Shown here: positions 30,682 through 41,571 of the stretch, piece after piece | How the letters are laid out: every line of letters begins with the position of its first letter | Position numbering within the stretch: position 1 is the stretch's first letter | Assembly (NCBI GenBank): GCA_963847445.1 | Contig: CAWJZV010000030.1 | Coordinates: 512,001-576,000, forward strand | Source: an uncultured delta proteobacterium | Lineage (GTDB): Bacteria; Desulfobacterota; Binatia; UBA9968 | Direction of reading: 5' to 3' | DNA length: 64,000 nucleotides | Translations under genes and position numbers: made by a program | Notes under the pieces: generated by a model | Databases searched by the model: none | The model's input: the letters and a program-made list of their open reading frames with translations, nothing else | Told to the model about the DNA's origin: nothing

Positions 30682-31019
30682 AAGGCGATAGGCTTTATCT
30701 CCAACACATACTAGACGCCATCGAAAAGGTGGAGGAATACGTCTTCGTAGGCTACCAAACTTTCATGTCCTCGTCTCACTGGCAGGACGCAGTCATCCGG
30801 CAACTTGAAATTATCGGTGAGGCAACCAAGAGATTATCGACGCAACTTTGTTCACAGCACGCCGATATCCCATGGCGCCGCATAGCTGGACTAAGAGACG
30901 TTTTGATCCACGATTACATGGGAGTCGACATCAAGGCGGTTTGGGAGATAACGCAACAGAACTTGCCGGTTCTCAAAACCCGCATCGAAACGATCCTGAC
31001 CGATCTAGACAACATATAA
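30678..31019 (+). CDS. HEPN/DUF86 RNase toxin
   Basis: DAVIRQLEIIGEA, IPWRRIAGLRDVLIHDY (Rx4H); GTGA overlap with MNT. Confidence 0.93.
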   Translation: MKGDRLYLQHILDAIEKVEEYVFVGYQTFMSSSHWQDAVIRQLEIIGEATKRLSTQLCSQHADIPWRRIAGLRDVLIHDYMGVDIKAVWEITQQNLPVLKTRIETILTDLDNI

Positions 31020-31248
31020 AAACGCGAACTCGCCTTCTGGAGATGACCACCCTTGCCATCATTCCCGCGCCTGCGGGAATCCAGGTTAATTTGATCGGCA
31101 ACAAAAACTGCGAACCTAGATTCCCGTTTTCACGGGAATGACGGAATGCGCGGAAGCCGGACCGCGCTCACGCTCCATTCGAGCACCGAGAGCTTGACAA
31201 CCCGCGTTACACGGCAATACCTTGAATCCATCAATCAGGAGGTCTCCC

Positions 31249-31644
31249 ATGTTCGAAATCAAAAGCATCCGCACCTTCGCCATGAGCGCGAAGAATCTCG
31301 ACAAGGCGGTGGAGTTCTATACCAAGACGATCGGCGGGAAAGTCGTCAAAACCGTCGATCCGACGGACGAGCAACTCAAAGCCGGCCAAGTGAAAGAGGT
31401 CGACGTCCGCCTCGGCAACTTCGAGGTGCATATCTTCGACGCGTCGAAGGGCCCGCGCGCCGCCGACCCGCACCATACGCTGAATATTCCGTGGCAGGAA
31501 AAAGACCAGGCGCTCAAAATGCTCCAAGACTCCGGCGCCATGGTGGAAAAAATCCGGCCCCACCGCGGCACCGACAATTATTCGATCAACGTCTTCGACC
31601 CCGACGGCAACCGCTGGGAACTGTCGTTCGCCAAAGAGAATTAG
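31249..31644 (+). CDS. VOC/glyoxalase family protein
   Basis: NLDKAVEFYTKTIG; FDPDGNRWEL; upstream TTGACA at 31194 and AGGAGG RBS. Confidence 0.85.
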   Translation: MFEIKSIRTFAMSAKNLDKAVEFYTKTIGGKVVKTVDPTDEQLKAGQVKEVDVRLGNFEVHIFDASKGPRAADPHHTLNIPWQEKDQALKMLQDSGAMVEKIRPHRGTDNYSINVFDPDGNRWELSFAKEN

Positions 31645-31684
31645 GAAAGATTAGCCGCAAAGAACGCAAAAGACGCATAAAGGA

Positions 31685-31807
31685 TGTAGGGGCGACCGGC
31701 CGGTCGCCCTCCGATCGGCTGCGCAAAAACTTTGCGCGGCGCGCGCAAACTTCGCGATCACGCGATTGCCGCACCGCCACCCCAGGGCGTATTCAATACG
31801 CCCCTAC
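31685..31807. repeat. GTAG-type REP doublet between convergent genes
   Basis: GTAGGGGCGACCGGCCGGTCGCCC...GGGCGTATTCAATACGCCCCTAC, flanked by CGCAAAGAACGCAAA / TTTGCGTTCTTTGCGG arms. Confidence 0.8.
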
Positions 31808-31855
31808 ACGAAATCCGAACTTTGTGACCTTTGCGTTCTTTGCGGCCAAAACTTC

Positions 31856-33010
31856 CTAATTATATTTTCTTAGCACTTCCCGGGCGATGACCATGCGCAT
31901 GACTTCGGAGGCGCCTTCGGTGATCATCCGGCTGCGCTGGTCGACGAACCATTTCGCCAGCGGCAGATCCAGGGTCAAGCCGATGCCGCCGTGGATTTGC
32001 AGCACCCGGTCGACCACCCGGAACGACATTTCATCGGCGAAAAGTTTGGCCATATAGGCCTCGTTGCGAATGTCCTGTTTCTGGTCGTTCTTCCACGCCG
32101 CCTGATAGACCATCAATCGCGCCGCATGCAGTTCGACGTAGGAGTCGGCCAATTTGAACGTGATGCCCTGGCGCTCCGACAGCGGCTTGCCGAAGGTAAT
32201 GCGCTGCTTGGAATAGCTCGCGCCCATTTCGATGCAGCGCTCGGCGACGCCCAACGCGCGCGCGCCATGTTTCAAGCGGCCGATGCCCAGCCATTTTTGC
32301 GCCAGCTTGAACCCTTCGCCTTCCTTGCCGACGATATTTTCCGCGGGAATCTTCATGTCGTCGAAGGTGATATGCCAAGGCTCCTCGCCCATCATGGTTT
32401 TGTAACGCGTCCCCAGCGTCAGCCCCGGCGTCTTCATGTCGACCATGAAACAAGAGATGCCGCCATGGGCGCCCTTGGCCGGATCGGTAACCGCCATCAG
32501 CTGGCCGATGTCGGCATCGCCGGCACCGGTGATGAAACGCTTGGTGCCGTTGATGACATAATGATCGCCCTGGCGCACCGCGCGAGTTTTCATCGACGCC
32601 GGATCGGAGCCGGCATCAGGCTCGGTTTGCATGAAGCAAAGCTTTTTCTCTCCGGCCAGCACCGGGTCCATGAAACGCTTTTTCTGCTCCGGATTGAGCG
32701 CGTAGAGAATCGGCCGCACTTCCGGACCGAAGATGCCCTGGCCGCGCGACGGCAACGCCACCGTGCGCGACAGCTCTTCCCACACCAACACCTGGGCCAA
32801 ACTGCCGAGCCCGCCGCCGCCGTACTCTTCCGGCACGTCGAACATCCATAGCCCCATCTCTTTGGTCTTTTTTTCCAACTTTTCGCGAATGTCCGGCTTC
32901 AGCTCCATGTTCTCGATGGTGTGCATCTCGATCGGAATCAGCTCCTTGTCGACGAACTTGCGCACCGTGTCTTTCAGCATCTGCAATTCTTCAGGTAAAT
33001 TAAAATCCAT
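31856..33010 (-). CDS. Acyl-CoA dehydrogenase
   Basis: TEPDAGSD, INGTKRFIT, R.TFGKPL..RQ, QIHGG.G, ITEGASE. Confidence 0.95.
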   Translation of the reverse strand: MDFNLPEELQMLKDTVRKFVDKELIPIEMHTIENMELKPDIREKLEKKTKEMGLWMFDVPEEYGGGGLGSLAQVLVWEELSRTVALPSRGQGIFGPEVRPILYALNPEQKKRFMDPVLAGEKKLCFMQTEPDAGSDPASMKTRAVRQGDHYVINGTKRFITGAGDADIGQLMAVTDPAKGAHGGISCFMVDMKTPGLTLGTRYKTMMGEEPWHITFDDMKIPAENIVGKEGEGFKLAQKWLGIGRLKHGARALGVAERCIEMGASYSKQRITFGKPLSERQGITFKLADSYVELHAARLMVYQAAWKNDQKQDIRNEAYMAKLFADEMSFRVVDRVLQIHGGIGLTLDLPLAKWFVDQRSRMITEGASEVMRMVIAREVLRKYN

Positions 33011-33140
33011 GCTTCTCCTCCGAAGCGCCACTTCGAACGTTCAATCGCTTCGCTCCGTTCAATTCGTTCAAATGGTTCAACGTTGTCCGGATTGATTAAC
33101 GATTTGAACGGCTTGAACGTTTTGAACTTTTTGAACGCGC

Positions 33141-33959
33141 TTATTTCTTTTCTTCGACCTTATACGACCCCAACCCCGGCCGATATTCCTTACGGGCGAA
33201 CTGCTGCAAGCCGGGCCGGCCGCCGATCGCCGCCTTGGCTTTGTCGGAGATCAAGCCGGAGATTTCGTAGGCGACATCGGGACTCGAGTAGAAAGTGTAG
33301 TACCAGGCTTCTTTGACCGCGTTCAACGCCGACGGCGCTTTCTCTTTTAGATTATTGGCGATCTCCATCACTTCCTTGTCCAAATCGGCGCGCGGCACGG
33401 CTTTGGTGATAAGGCCGATGCGCTCGGCTTCCTTGGCGTTCATGGTCTTGCCGGTGAGCGCGTAATAGAGCCCATGCTTGGGCTGCAAGTGCTCGGTCAA
33501 CACGATGGTCACTTCGCCGCCGGGGAAATGGCCGAAGTTGACTTCGGATAGGCCGAACTGGACATCGTCCGCCGCGATGGCGATATCGCAGCCGGTGACG
33601 ACGGTGAAGCCGCCGCCGAACACCCAGCCGTTGATCTTGGCGATCACCGGCTGCGGCATCTTGCGCAGGATCTCGTTGCGCCATTGGCGCGACTTCTCGC
33701 GCACTTCATCGCGCACGCGCTCAGGTTGGGAGTCCATTTCGATGAAATATTGCTTCAAGTCCTGGCCGGCGCAAAAACTCTCACCCGCGCCGGTAATAAT
33801 AATCACCCGGGTATCTTTGTCGTAACGCAGATCGGTCAAGCAATCGTACATGTCGCGATGCAGCTGCGGGCTCATCGCGTTGCGCTTTTCCGGCCGATTG
33901 AGCGTGATCGTCGTCACGCCGTCTTTGTTGTCCACTAATAAAGTTTGATAATTTGCCAT
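33141..33959 (-). CDS. Enoyl-CoA hydratase family, hydroxycinnamoyl-CoA hydratase-lyase-like
   Basis: NRPEKRNAMSP, AGQDLKQYF, NGWVFGGGF, FGLSEVN, C-terminal QF...PGLGSYK as in HCHL/Ech. Confidence 0.85.
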   Translation of the reverse strand: MANYQTLLVDNKDGVTTITLNRPEKRNAMSPQLHRDMYDCLTDLRYDKDTRVIIITGAGESFCAGQDLKQYFIEMDSQPERVRDEVREKSRQWRNEILRKMPQPVIAKINGWVFGGGFTVVTGCDIAIAADDVQFGLSEVNFGHFPGGEVTIVLTEHLQPKHGLYYALTGKTMNAKEAERIGLITKAVPRADLDKEVMEIANNLKEKAPSALNAVKEAWYYTFYSSPDVAYEISGLISDKAKAAIGGRPGLQQFARKEYRPGLGSYKVEEKK

Positions 33960-34044
33960 GATCTTTCCTCCTTAGAATTCTAATTTTTTAATATCACATC
34001 TGGTCTTATTCCAGTTGCGTTCAAACTGCAATCGCGGGCCAACC

Positions 34045-34142
34045 GGAGGTCAGAAATCAGAGGTCGGAAGCCGGAGATCGGAGTCTGCAGGCGAAGATCT
34101 CCGACTTCTGACTTCTGACTTCTGACTTCTGACTTCTGACTT
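34045..34142. repeat. Inverted 7-mer microsatellite element
   Basis: GTCAGAA/TCAGAG arm then about five tandem GACTTCT units. Confidence 0.85.
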
Positions 34143-35174
34143 TTACCGCCGCACTAGATCGTGCAGCAGTTTTTTCCAGCGCTCTTCAGCTTTCTCGTAC
34201 TGCTCGAGGGTTTTGCCCTTTTCGGGATACCAGCGCTTGAAGCCGTAGTTCTTGGTCGAGCTCGCGAAGCGGAACTTGTCCTCAAAAATCTTCTGACCCT
34301 CGGGGCTGATCAGAAAATCGATGAACAAGAGCGCCGCATGGGGACTATTGGTCGCCGCTGGAAGCCCGACGCTGCCGGCGTTGGCTTGACTCAAATCGAG
34401 GGGCACCCACTCGGTGGGCGCGCCTTTGAGCTTGCCGGCCAGGACGTGATTGCGGAAGATCGAGATCGACATATGCATTTCGCCGGCGGCCATCAACTCA
34501 TGCATGGCGCCGCCGGAGATCATATGCGGTCTGATCTCCAAGTTACGCAGCTGCTTGACGTACTCTTCGCCTTTGGCGGCGATCATCGCGCCGATAAAGC
34601 GCACGCCAGTGGTGTCGCCGCTGACGCCGATCTTGCCTTTGTTTTCCGGCTTAGCCATGTCCGCGAAATTTTTCGGCACTTCGGCGGCGCGCATCATGTT
34701 GCGGTTGTAGCCCAAGCCGACGATGGATTCGCGATCGGTGGTCCAAAACACCCGGGTCTTATCCGCTTCTTCTTTAGAGTCTTCAGGATAATTGGCGAGA
34801 TGCGGCGATGTGTATGGCATCAGCAACTTATTGTCGCGCATGATCATCATCGTCGTCGGCGTGGTTTCAACCAGGTCGGCGATGCTGCGTTTGGATTGCG
34901 CTTCGGAGAGCAACCGCCGGCTGAGATCGTTAGGCCCGGCGCGGTAGGTTTCTACCTTGACCCCCGGATACTTCGACTCGAACACATTGGCAATGTCGCG
35001 ATGGGCGGTCAGGCTCGTGTACCAGATCAGTTTCCCTTCCTTTTTCGCGCCGGCTTTGAGCATCTCCTCGCGGTCTGCGCCGCGATAATTAGCGATGTCC
35101 GCGGTGGTTCGGGTCTGAGCAGAAAGCGTCGACGATCCAAACAAAACCAGAATGGCTAGCAGCAATACGATCAT
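34143..35174 (-). CDS. Extracellular solute-binding protein (Fe3+/thiamine ABC family)
   Basis: AKKEGKLIWYTS, FESKYPGVKVE, AALLFIDFLISPEGQ. Confidence 0.88.
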   Translation of the reverse strand: MIVLLLAILVLFGSSTLSAQTRTTADIANYRGADREEMLKAGAKKEGKLIWYTSLTAHRDIANVFESKYPGVKVETYRAGPNDLSRRLLSEAQSKRSIADLVETTPTTMMIMRDNKLLMPYTSPHLANYPEDSKEEADKTRVFWTTDRESIVGLGYNRNMMRAAEVPKNFADMAKPENKGKIGVSGDTTGVRFIGAMIAAKGEEYVKQLRNLEIRPHMISGGAMHELMAAGEMHMSISIFRNHVLAGKLKGAPTEWVPLDLSQANAGSVGLPAATNSPHAALLFIDFLISPEGQKIFEDKFRFASSTKNYGFKRWYPEKGKTLEQYEKAEERWKKLLHDLVRR

Positions 35175-35232
35175 AATCGACTTTCTCCTGAATGCATGAT
35201 CAACCCAGTACTCCAATCACTCCAACACTCCA

Positions 35233-37611
35233 CTATTCCAACACCCCATCCTGCTTATGCGCAGCGATGGTCGCGGCATCGTAGCCGACGACATCGCGCA
35301 GCACCGCCTCGGTATCCTTGCCGAGCACGGGAAATTCCCAACGGCGCGTCAGCTTGGCGTTGGTGAAGTGCAGCGGAAAACTCGGCAATACGACCTTGCC
35401 CAATCTAGGATTATCCACTTCGACGATGAAGCCGCGCTCCTTGAGCTGCGGGTCGTTGACCAAATCCTCGCCGGTTTGCGCCACGCCGCAGGGAATCCCC
35501 GCTTTCTGCAACTGATCGCGGACGGCGAAGGCGTCTCGCGTCTGCGTCCAAGCTGAAATAATTTTATCGAGCGCCTCCCGTTCTTGGAGCCGCGCCGCGT
35601 TGGTGGCAAAGCGTGAATTGCCGGCGACGTCACCGCCGAGAATGTTGGCGAGGGCCGACCATTGCGCCTCGGTTTCCGCGGCGATCACGCACCAGCGATC
35701 TTCGCCCTTGCACGGATAGCAGCCATGGGGCGCCACCGAGAGCGACATGTTGCCGATGGGTTCGGGATTCTTGCCGCTCGACGCCGCTTCCATCAGATTG
35801 GCGCCGATCATGAATGCCGTCGCCTCCGACTGCGCCAAATCGATGAACGCGCCCTTCTTTTGCCGGTCCCGGTAAAGCACGCCGGAGATGATGATGATCG
35901 CGCACAGGACGCCGGAAACATAATCTGGATATACCAGCTGCGCACCGATAGGCGGATTGGTGACGCCGGGGTGGTTCCACATATAGGTCAAACCGGTGAA
36001 AGCGGTGATGTTCACGCCGACTGTCGAGAAATGGCGCTTGGGACCGGTGGTGCCGAGGCCGGGCATGCGCAGATTGATAATGTCGGGCTTCACGGCGCAG
36101 AGCTGCTTGTAGCCCAAACCAATGCGATCGACGACATCGACGCTGTAGTTGTCGAGCACCGCGTCCGCCTTGGCGACCAGATCGTGCAAAACGCCCTGGC
36201 CTTTGGGATGTTTCAAATTGACCGTAAAGGACCGTTTGTTGCGGTTGAATTCTAAAAACCGCGGCGACAGGTTGGGATCTTCGCCGGTGCCGAAAAAGCG
36301 AAACGGGTCCATACCGCCTTTGCTCGACTCGATTTTCATGACATCGGCGCCGAGCTCCGCCAAAATCGTCGTGCCATAGGGGCCGGCGAGCACGTGATCG
36401 AAGCTAACGATGCGCATACCGTCGAGGGGGCCGTTGCCGCTCGTGCCCGTCGACCTTGGCTGCTGTGGCGCCGACCTCTTCGCGCCATCGTCGCGCCAAC
36501 TGTCGAGCAGCGGCACGCTACCGACCGCAGGACGGCTGCCGTCGATCATAAACGGCATGCCCGGCTGCTTTGCGCTGCCGAAGCCTGCATGCTGCACCGC
36601 TGTCATGAAACCTCGACCCTGCACATGCTCGTCGTTGGCAAACCCCATCGGGGTATTCACCGGCACACAAGGGATGCCCTTTTCCTGCAACAATTCGGTG
36701 ACCTCCGCCATGGTGAATTTACCAAGAAAGGCTTCCACGGCGGGATTGAGCTCATCGGCATGATCGCGCCGGTAGACGTTGTTGAGCCAAGCAGCCTCGT
36801 CGAATGTCGCCGGATGATCCTTCCAGATGGAAAGAAAAAGCTTCCAGTGCTGGCGCGTCACGTAGAGATAGACGAAGCCGTCTTTGACCGGGAAGATTTT
36901 CGCCGGCGCCACCGAGCCATGCTGGCTGCCGGCGCGCTTGAGAATCTGTTTATCGTTGGCCCACAGCCGAATGATATGCTCATGGGTCGCCAAGGTTTCC
37001 TGCATCGACGTGTCGATATGGTCGCCTTGGCCGGTCTTTTCACGCCGGTAGAGCGCTGCCAAAACACCGGCGGTGGCGAACAGACTGGCGAAGTAATAGG
37101 CCTGCGACTCGGGCGCTTTGCACGGTGCCGTCAAAGGATCGCCGCAGACGTAAAGAATGCCGCTCTCGGCCAAGCCGACGAGATCGTTGTAGACAAGATT
37201 TTTCTTCGGTCCGGTTTGACCGAAGCAAGTGATCGATGCCATGACGATGCCGGGATTTACTTTGACAAGATCCTTGTAGCCCAAGCCCTTGGCGTCCAAA
37301 TCACCCGGCTGAAAACTTTCAATGACAACGTCGGCGGACTCAACCAACTTGCGCAACGTAGCGCGGCCGGCATCGCTGTCGAGATCGATGACCTTGCTGT
37401 GCTTGCCAGCGTTCAAGTGCGCGAAGGTCGTGCTCAGCTTGGCGCCATTGGCTGCGGTGATGAAAGGAGCCAGATTACGTACCGGGTCGCCGCCAGGCGG
37501 TTCGATCTTGATCACTTCCATGCCCAAGTCAGCGAGCATGCGGCCGCACAGCTGGCCGCTCAAACCGGTAAGATCCAACGCTCTATAACCTTTGAGAAAT
37601 TCTCCGCTCAT
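35233..37611 (-). CDS. Class III CoA-transferase (CaiB/BaiF), fused double-domain
   Basis: Two copies: LADLGMEVIKIEPPGGD..NAGK and LAELGADVMKIES..NRNKRS. Confidence 0.93.
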   Translation of the reverse strand: MSGEFLKGYRALDLTGLSGQLCGRMLADLGMEVIKIEPPGGDPVRNLAPFITAANGAKLSTTFAHLNAGKHSKVIDLDSDAGRATLRKLVESADVVIESFQPGDLDAKGLGYKDLVKVNPGIVMASITCFGQTGPKKNLVYNDLVGLAESGILYVCGDPLTAPCKAPESQAYYFASLFATAGVLAALYRREKTGQGDHIDTSMQETLATHEHIIRLWANDKQILKRAGSQHGSVAPAKIFPVKDGFVYLYVTRQHWKLFLSIWKDHPATFDEAAWLNNVYRRDHADELNPAVEAFLGKFTMAEVTELLQEKGIPCVPVNTPMGFANDEHVQGRGFMTAVQHAGFGSAKQPGMPFMIDGSRPAVGSVPLLDSWRDDGAKRSAPQQPRSTGTSGNGPLDGMRIVSFDHVLAGPYGTTILAELGADVMKIESSKGGMDPFRFFGTGEDPNLSPRFLEFNRNKRSFTVNLKHPKGQGVLHDLVAKADAVLDNYSVDVVDRIGLGYKQLCAVKPDIINLRMPGLGTTGPKRHFSTVGVNITAFTGLTYMWNHPGVTNPPIGAQLVYPDYVSGVLCAIIIISGVLYRDRQKKGAFIDLAQSEATAFMIGANLMEAASSGKNPEPIGNMSLSVAPHGCYPCKGEDRWCVIAAETEAQWSALANILGGDVAGNSRFATNAARLQEREALDKIISAWTQTRDAFAVRDQLQKAGIPCGVAQTGEDLVNDPQLKERGFIVEVDNPRLGKVVLPSFPLHFTNAKLTRRWEFPVLGKDTEAVLRDVVGYDAATIAAHKQDGVLE

Positions 37612-37827
37612 TTTCCTGCTTATTTGTCCTTCGAATTGAAAATTATTGCTGCCGAGCCTAAATCTACAAACAAATCTCGAACTCCGAACCCCGAAATCTT
37701 TCGAAACAAACGAGGGGAACATAAACTCAAATCGAAAATCCCAAACAGTATTCCCCCGTTTGAAACAATGGCGGTTATCTAAGGTGTTGGATTTGTTTCG
37801 CACTTCGGTCCGCTTCGTGCTATCTCA

Positions 37828-38960
37828 TTACGCTCCAACAAACTGCGCCCGCAGGTCGTTCAAAATCTGCGACGCCTCGCTCACCATGCGGTCGACGATT
37901 TCCTTGGCCGGAACATTGTTGCGCTCTTCGCTCAACATGCCGGCCACCTGGCCGCCCGGGCACATGCAGGACATCGACGCGATTGGCGGCTTCGGCGGCG
38001 CGCCGCACTTCATCCATGGCATTACCTTGGTAGGGCGTCGGCATGGCATCGAGCCCGGAGGCCATCCAGGCCTTGATCGTATCGCTGCGGTAATGGCGCG
38101 CGAAGTGGCCGCTGGTGTAAGCGGTGCGCACGAAGTCTTCCGAGCTGCCGTTGAGAATCTGTTTTTTGTAAATCGGATTGATGCCGCCTTCGCGGGTCAC
38201 CAGGAAAGTCGTGCCGCACCAAACACCGACGGCTCCGAGAGCGAGCGCGGCGGCGACACCGCGACCGTCCGAGATACCGCCGGCGGCAACCACCGGCTTC
38301 GGCCGCACCGCATCGACGATCTGCGGGATCAGCGGGAAAGTTGCCAATCGTGCCGGTGTGGCCGCCCGCCTCGTAGCCCTGGGCGATGATCACATCGGCG
38401 CCCTTGCGCGCGTGGCTGAGCGCATGCTTCACCGCGCCGGCCAGCGCCATGACCAAAATACCGCGTTCATGGGCGAGCGGCACGACTTCAGCGGTATCAC
38501 CGAGGCCGATGATCAGAATCGGCACCTTCTCTTCGAGAATGACTCGCAGCTGCTCGCGCGTAGCCGCCGGGGTTTTCACCCAGCTCTTGCGGTCCGGCGG
38601 TTGCGGCGTCAAGCCCAGTCGCGGAATCAGCTCGTCGTTGAACTTGGCATGCTTGGGAAATTTTTCTTGGATCTCTTTGCGCACTTCGTCCGGGTCGGGA
38701 ATTCTGACATCTTCCATCTTCGGCAAGGTGATATCGACGCCGAAGGGCTTGTCGGTCAGTTGCCGCACCGCGCGGATGCGTTCGCGAATGACTTCAGGCC
38801 GTATCGAGCTGCCGCCGATGCAGCCCAGTCCACCCGCGTTCGACACCGCCGCCACCAGCGCCGGCGGCGTCGTCAGCCCTTCCTTGTCCCAGCCCATGCC
38901 GGCCTGGATGATCGGATATTTGATATGCAACAAATCACATAATGGCGTATGTAAAGACAT
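37828..38960 (-). CDS. Nitronate monooxygenase/FabK-like flavoprotein, frameshifted
   Basis: YPIIQAGMG, AVSNAGGLG, QGYEAGGHTG, VVAAGGISDGRG.AAALALGA. Confidence 0.9.
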
Positions 38961-39078
38961 AAAACCTCCTCCTGAAACCAAGGTTAAAGCAATCTAGCGC
39001 GAACCTCGTATCCGACAAACCTTGAACTTTTGAACCCTTCGACATACTCAGGGCAGGCTCTTGAACCCTTGAACGAAA

Positions 39079-39897
39079 TTATTTCTTCCGATCCTCCGGT
39101 TTGACATACTTCACGGTGCCGCCGCCCTTTTGCGAGTGCAGATAACCTTCGACGTCGTTGAGCGGATTGGTGTAGTAGCGCATCCGGTGCGACACCAAGT
39201 CGTCGGTCCTGAGCGCGGTCGCAAAATCCATGTCCTTCATCATGTACGCGGCGATCTTGGCGCTCTCCAGCGTCACCGCATTGCGGCTGCCGAGCTCCTT
39301 GGACAGCTGCTCGACGTTGGCCAGCAATTGATCGTCCGGCACCACTTCGGAAATCAAGCCGACCCGCTCGGCTTCCGCCGCTGACAAATTGCGGCCGGTG
39401 AGCTGAATGTAAAAAGCCTTCTTGACCGGTAGCCCGCCGTGGAACAACGTCGACGTCGCCACCGCGCCGTAGCTGCCGCGGATCACTTCCGGCATGCCGA
39501 ACTTCGCCGACTGCCCGGCGATGCAGAGATCATGACCGTTGATCAACGCCAGACCGCCGCCCAGACACCAGCCGCGCACCGCCGCCACCGTGATCTGCGG
39601 CATGGCGCGCAAGAGCCGGACGATCTCGTAGGTCGAACCGGCCTGATCCCAAGGACGCTTGCGCTTCCACGACTCGCGCAGATCGTAAAGATCGAGCCCC
39701 GACGAATAAGAATCCCCCGAGCCCATGGTCACGACGCATTTGATCTTGTCGTTCTCGGCGATATCTTTCAGCGCCTTGATCAACTCCGCCATGAACTTCT
39801 GGCTCATGGCGTTCTTCTTCTCCGGCCGGTTAAAGGTCAGCCAAGCGACGCCGGTTTCTTCATCGATTTTCTGTAGAACTGTCGATAGTTCAGCCAT
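39079..39897 (-). CDS. Enoyl-CoA hydratase/isomerase family protein
   Basis: FNRPEKKNAM, SGLDL, GWCLGGG, FGMPEV. Confidence 0.92.
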   Translation of the reverse strand: MAELSTVLQKIDEETGVAWLTFNRPEKKNAMSQKFMAELIKALKDIAENDKIKCVVTMGSGDSYSSGLDLYDLRESWKRKRPWDQAGSTYEIVRLLRAMPQITVAAVRGWCLGGGLALINGHDLCIAGQSAKFGMPEVIRGSYGAVATSTLFHGGLPVKKAFYIQLTGRNLSAAEAERVGLISEVVPDDQLLANVEQLSKELGSRNAVTLESAKIAAYMMKDMDFATALRTDDLVSHRMRYYTNPLNDVEGYLHSQKGGGTVKYVKPEDRKK

Positions 39898-39988
39898 TGC
39901 ATACCTCCAGACAGACGAATACTTCGAGTCATAGGATTTTCATAGCACAGTTTGAAATTAACTGGCGAGCGCAGCGAAAAGAAATAGC

Positions 39989-40442
39989 TCAACGCTTGGT
40001 AATATTCGGATAGTCCACCATATCGCGCTGGCCGCTGTTGCGGTACAGACGCTTGCCGGCACGCGGATAGTCGACGACATCCTGCGCCAGCCGTTGGCCG
40101 ATGACGAGACAGACGAGCGGCTCGGTGCCGTCGTTGATGGTCTCATGGGCCGGACCGCCGCCTGGGAAGCCGAGGAAATCGCCGGGGCCGATCTTGAACG
40201 AATCCTCGCCGATCACCGCCGTGCCCCGCCCGGAAATCACATAGATCGCTTCGTCTTCGTAACGATGGCTGTGATACTCCGACGAGCGATCGCCCGGCGC
40301 CACGGTCATCATATGGACGCCGAGATTCTTCAGACCCGCGGCATCGCCCAGCGACTTGTTGATTCGCTTGGCCGCCGGATTGACGAAATGCACGCGATGC
40401 TCGCCTTCCATGGCGGCGATCTTTTCAGCGGATAAGATACAT
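39989..40442 (-). CDS. Cupin domain protein
   Basis: PG..SSEYHSH..EDE.IYV.SG.G...GDF.GFP...AH...N; indel near the 5' end. Confidence 0.88.
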
Positions 40443-40577
40443 AAACACCTCGAAGATAGTTTCGTTCAAATCGTTCAAGCCGTTCACAATGTTCAGAACG
40501 TCGGACCGGTCTGGCTTCACACCTCGCGAAACGATTTGAACGACTTGAACTGATTTGAACGATTTGAACGTCCGTTC

Positions 40578-41570
40578 TTACTCGGCAGAGTAAGAACGGC
40601 ACGACAACCTCCGCCAATTCCACCGGTTTCTCATGCGGAATATGATGCCCCGCGCCTTCGATGGGAACGATCTTGGCGTTGGGAAAAAGCTGCGCGCGGT
40701 GGCCGCGCACGGACTTCATAAAATCGCTCTCGGTGCCGTAGACGAACAGGATCGGACATTTGAGCCGGCGGATAAATGCTTCGATCTGTCCTCTCGGACA
40801 TCGCCGTGGTCGTGCGGTAACGCAGGATCGGATCATGCTTCCAGCGATAGCGGCCGCCATTGGTATTGGTGCCATGCTGCGCCATATGCAGCGCCGCCTT
40901 GTCGGGAATCAGCGGGAAAGTTTTCTGGATCGCCTTAGCCGCCGCCTGCAAGGTTTCATGGGGAAACGGAATCTCGACGTAGTCCCGGCCCTTCAAGCGC
41001 TCGGCCATGATATTCGGCACTTCGTCGTCGCTGCGCGCGAATGGGCCGAGGGATTCGAGCAGCACCATGCGCTTGACCCTTTCCGGAAACGTGCCGGCGT
41101 AGAGCAAACACATGCTGCCGCCCAGCGAGTGGCCGATGATCGTCACCGGATCTTTGTCCAAGTGCTTCAGCAATCCGGCGAGATCGGTGAGAAAGTCTTC
41201 ATGGGCGTAGCCGCGGCTGGTGCTCGGCCACTCGCTGTCGCCATGGCCGCGCAGGTCGAGCGCCACCGCATGCTTGATCGGCACGCCGCGGCTGATCAGC
41301 TCGTCAAGAAAATGATCCCAACTGCGCCCTTGATCGCGCACGCCGTGGACGAAGACGTAAGTCTCCTCCTTGGGATCGCCCCATTCCCAATAATGCAGTT
41401 TCAAACCGTCGTGAACGAAGTGACGCCGCTGCGGTTGCCAACTCGTCGCGGCTTTGGCAGCGCGAAATTTCGCCTTGGGGTTCGTCTTACTTTTCGCCGG
41501 GCTAACTTTGGAACTTTTAGTTTTTTTCGTGGTTGTCTTAGTCGGTTGTCTTCCTAGTTTTCTTTTTCAT
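40578..41570 (-). CDS. Alpha/beta hydrolase with Lys/Thr-rich N-terminal extension, frameshifted
   Basis: FVHG, DLRGHGDS, GHSLGG, GAGHHIPHEKP; manual 5' translation MKKKTRKTT/TKTTTKKTKSSKVSPAKSKTNPKAKF. Confidence 0.88.
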
Positions 41571-41571
41571 C

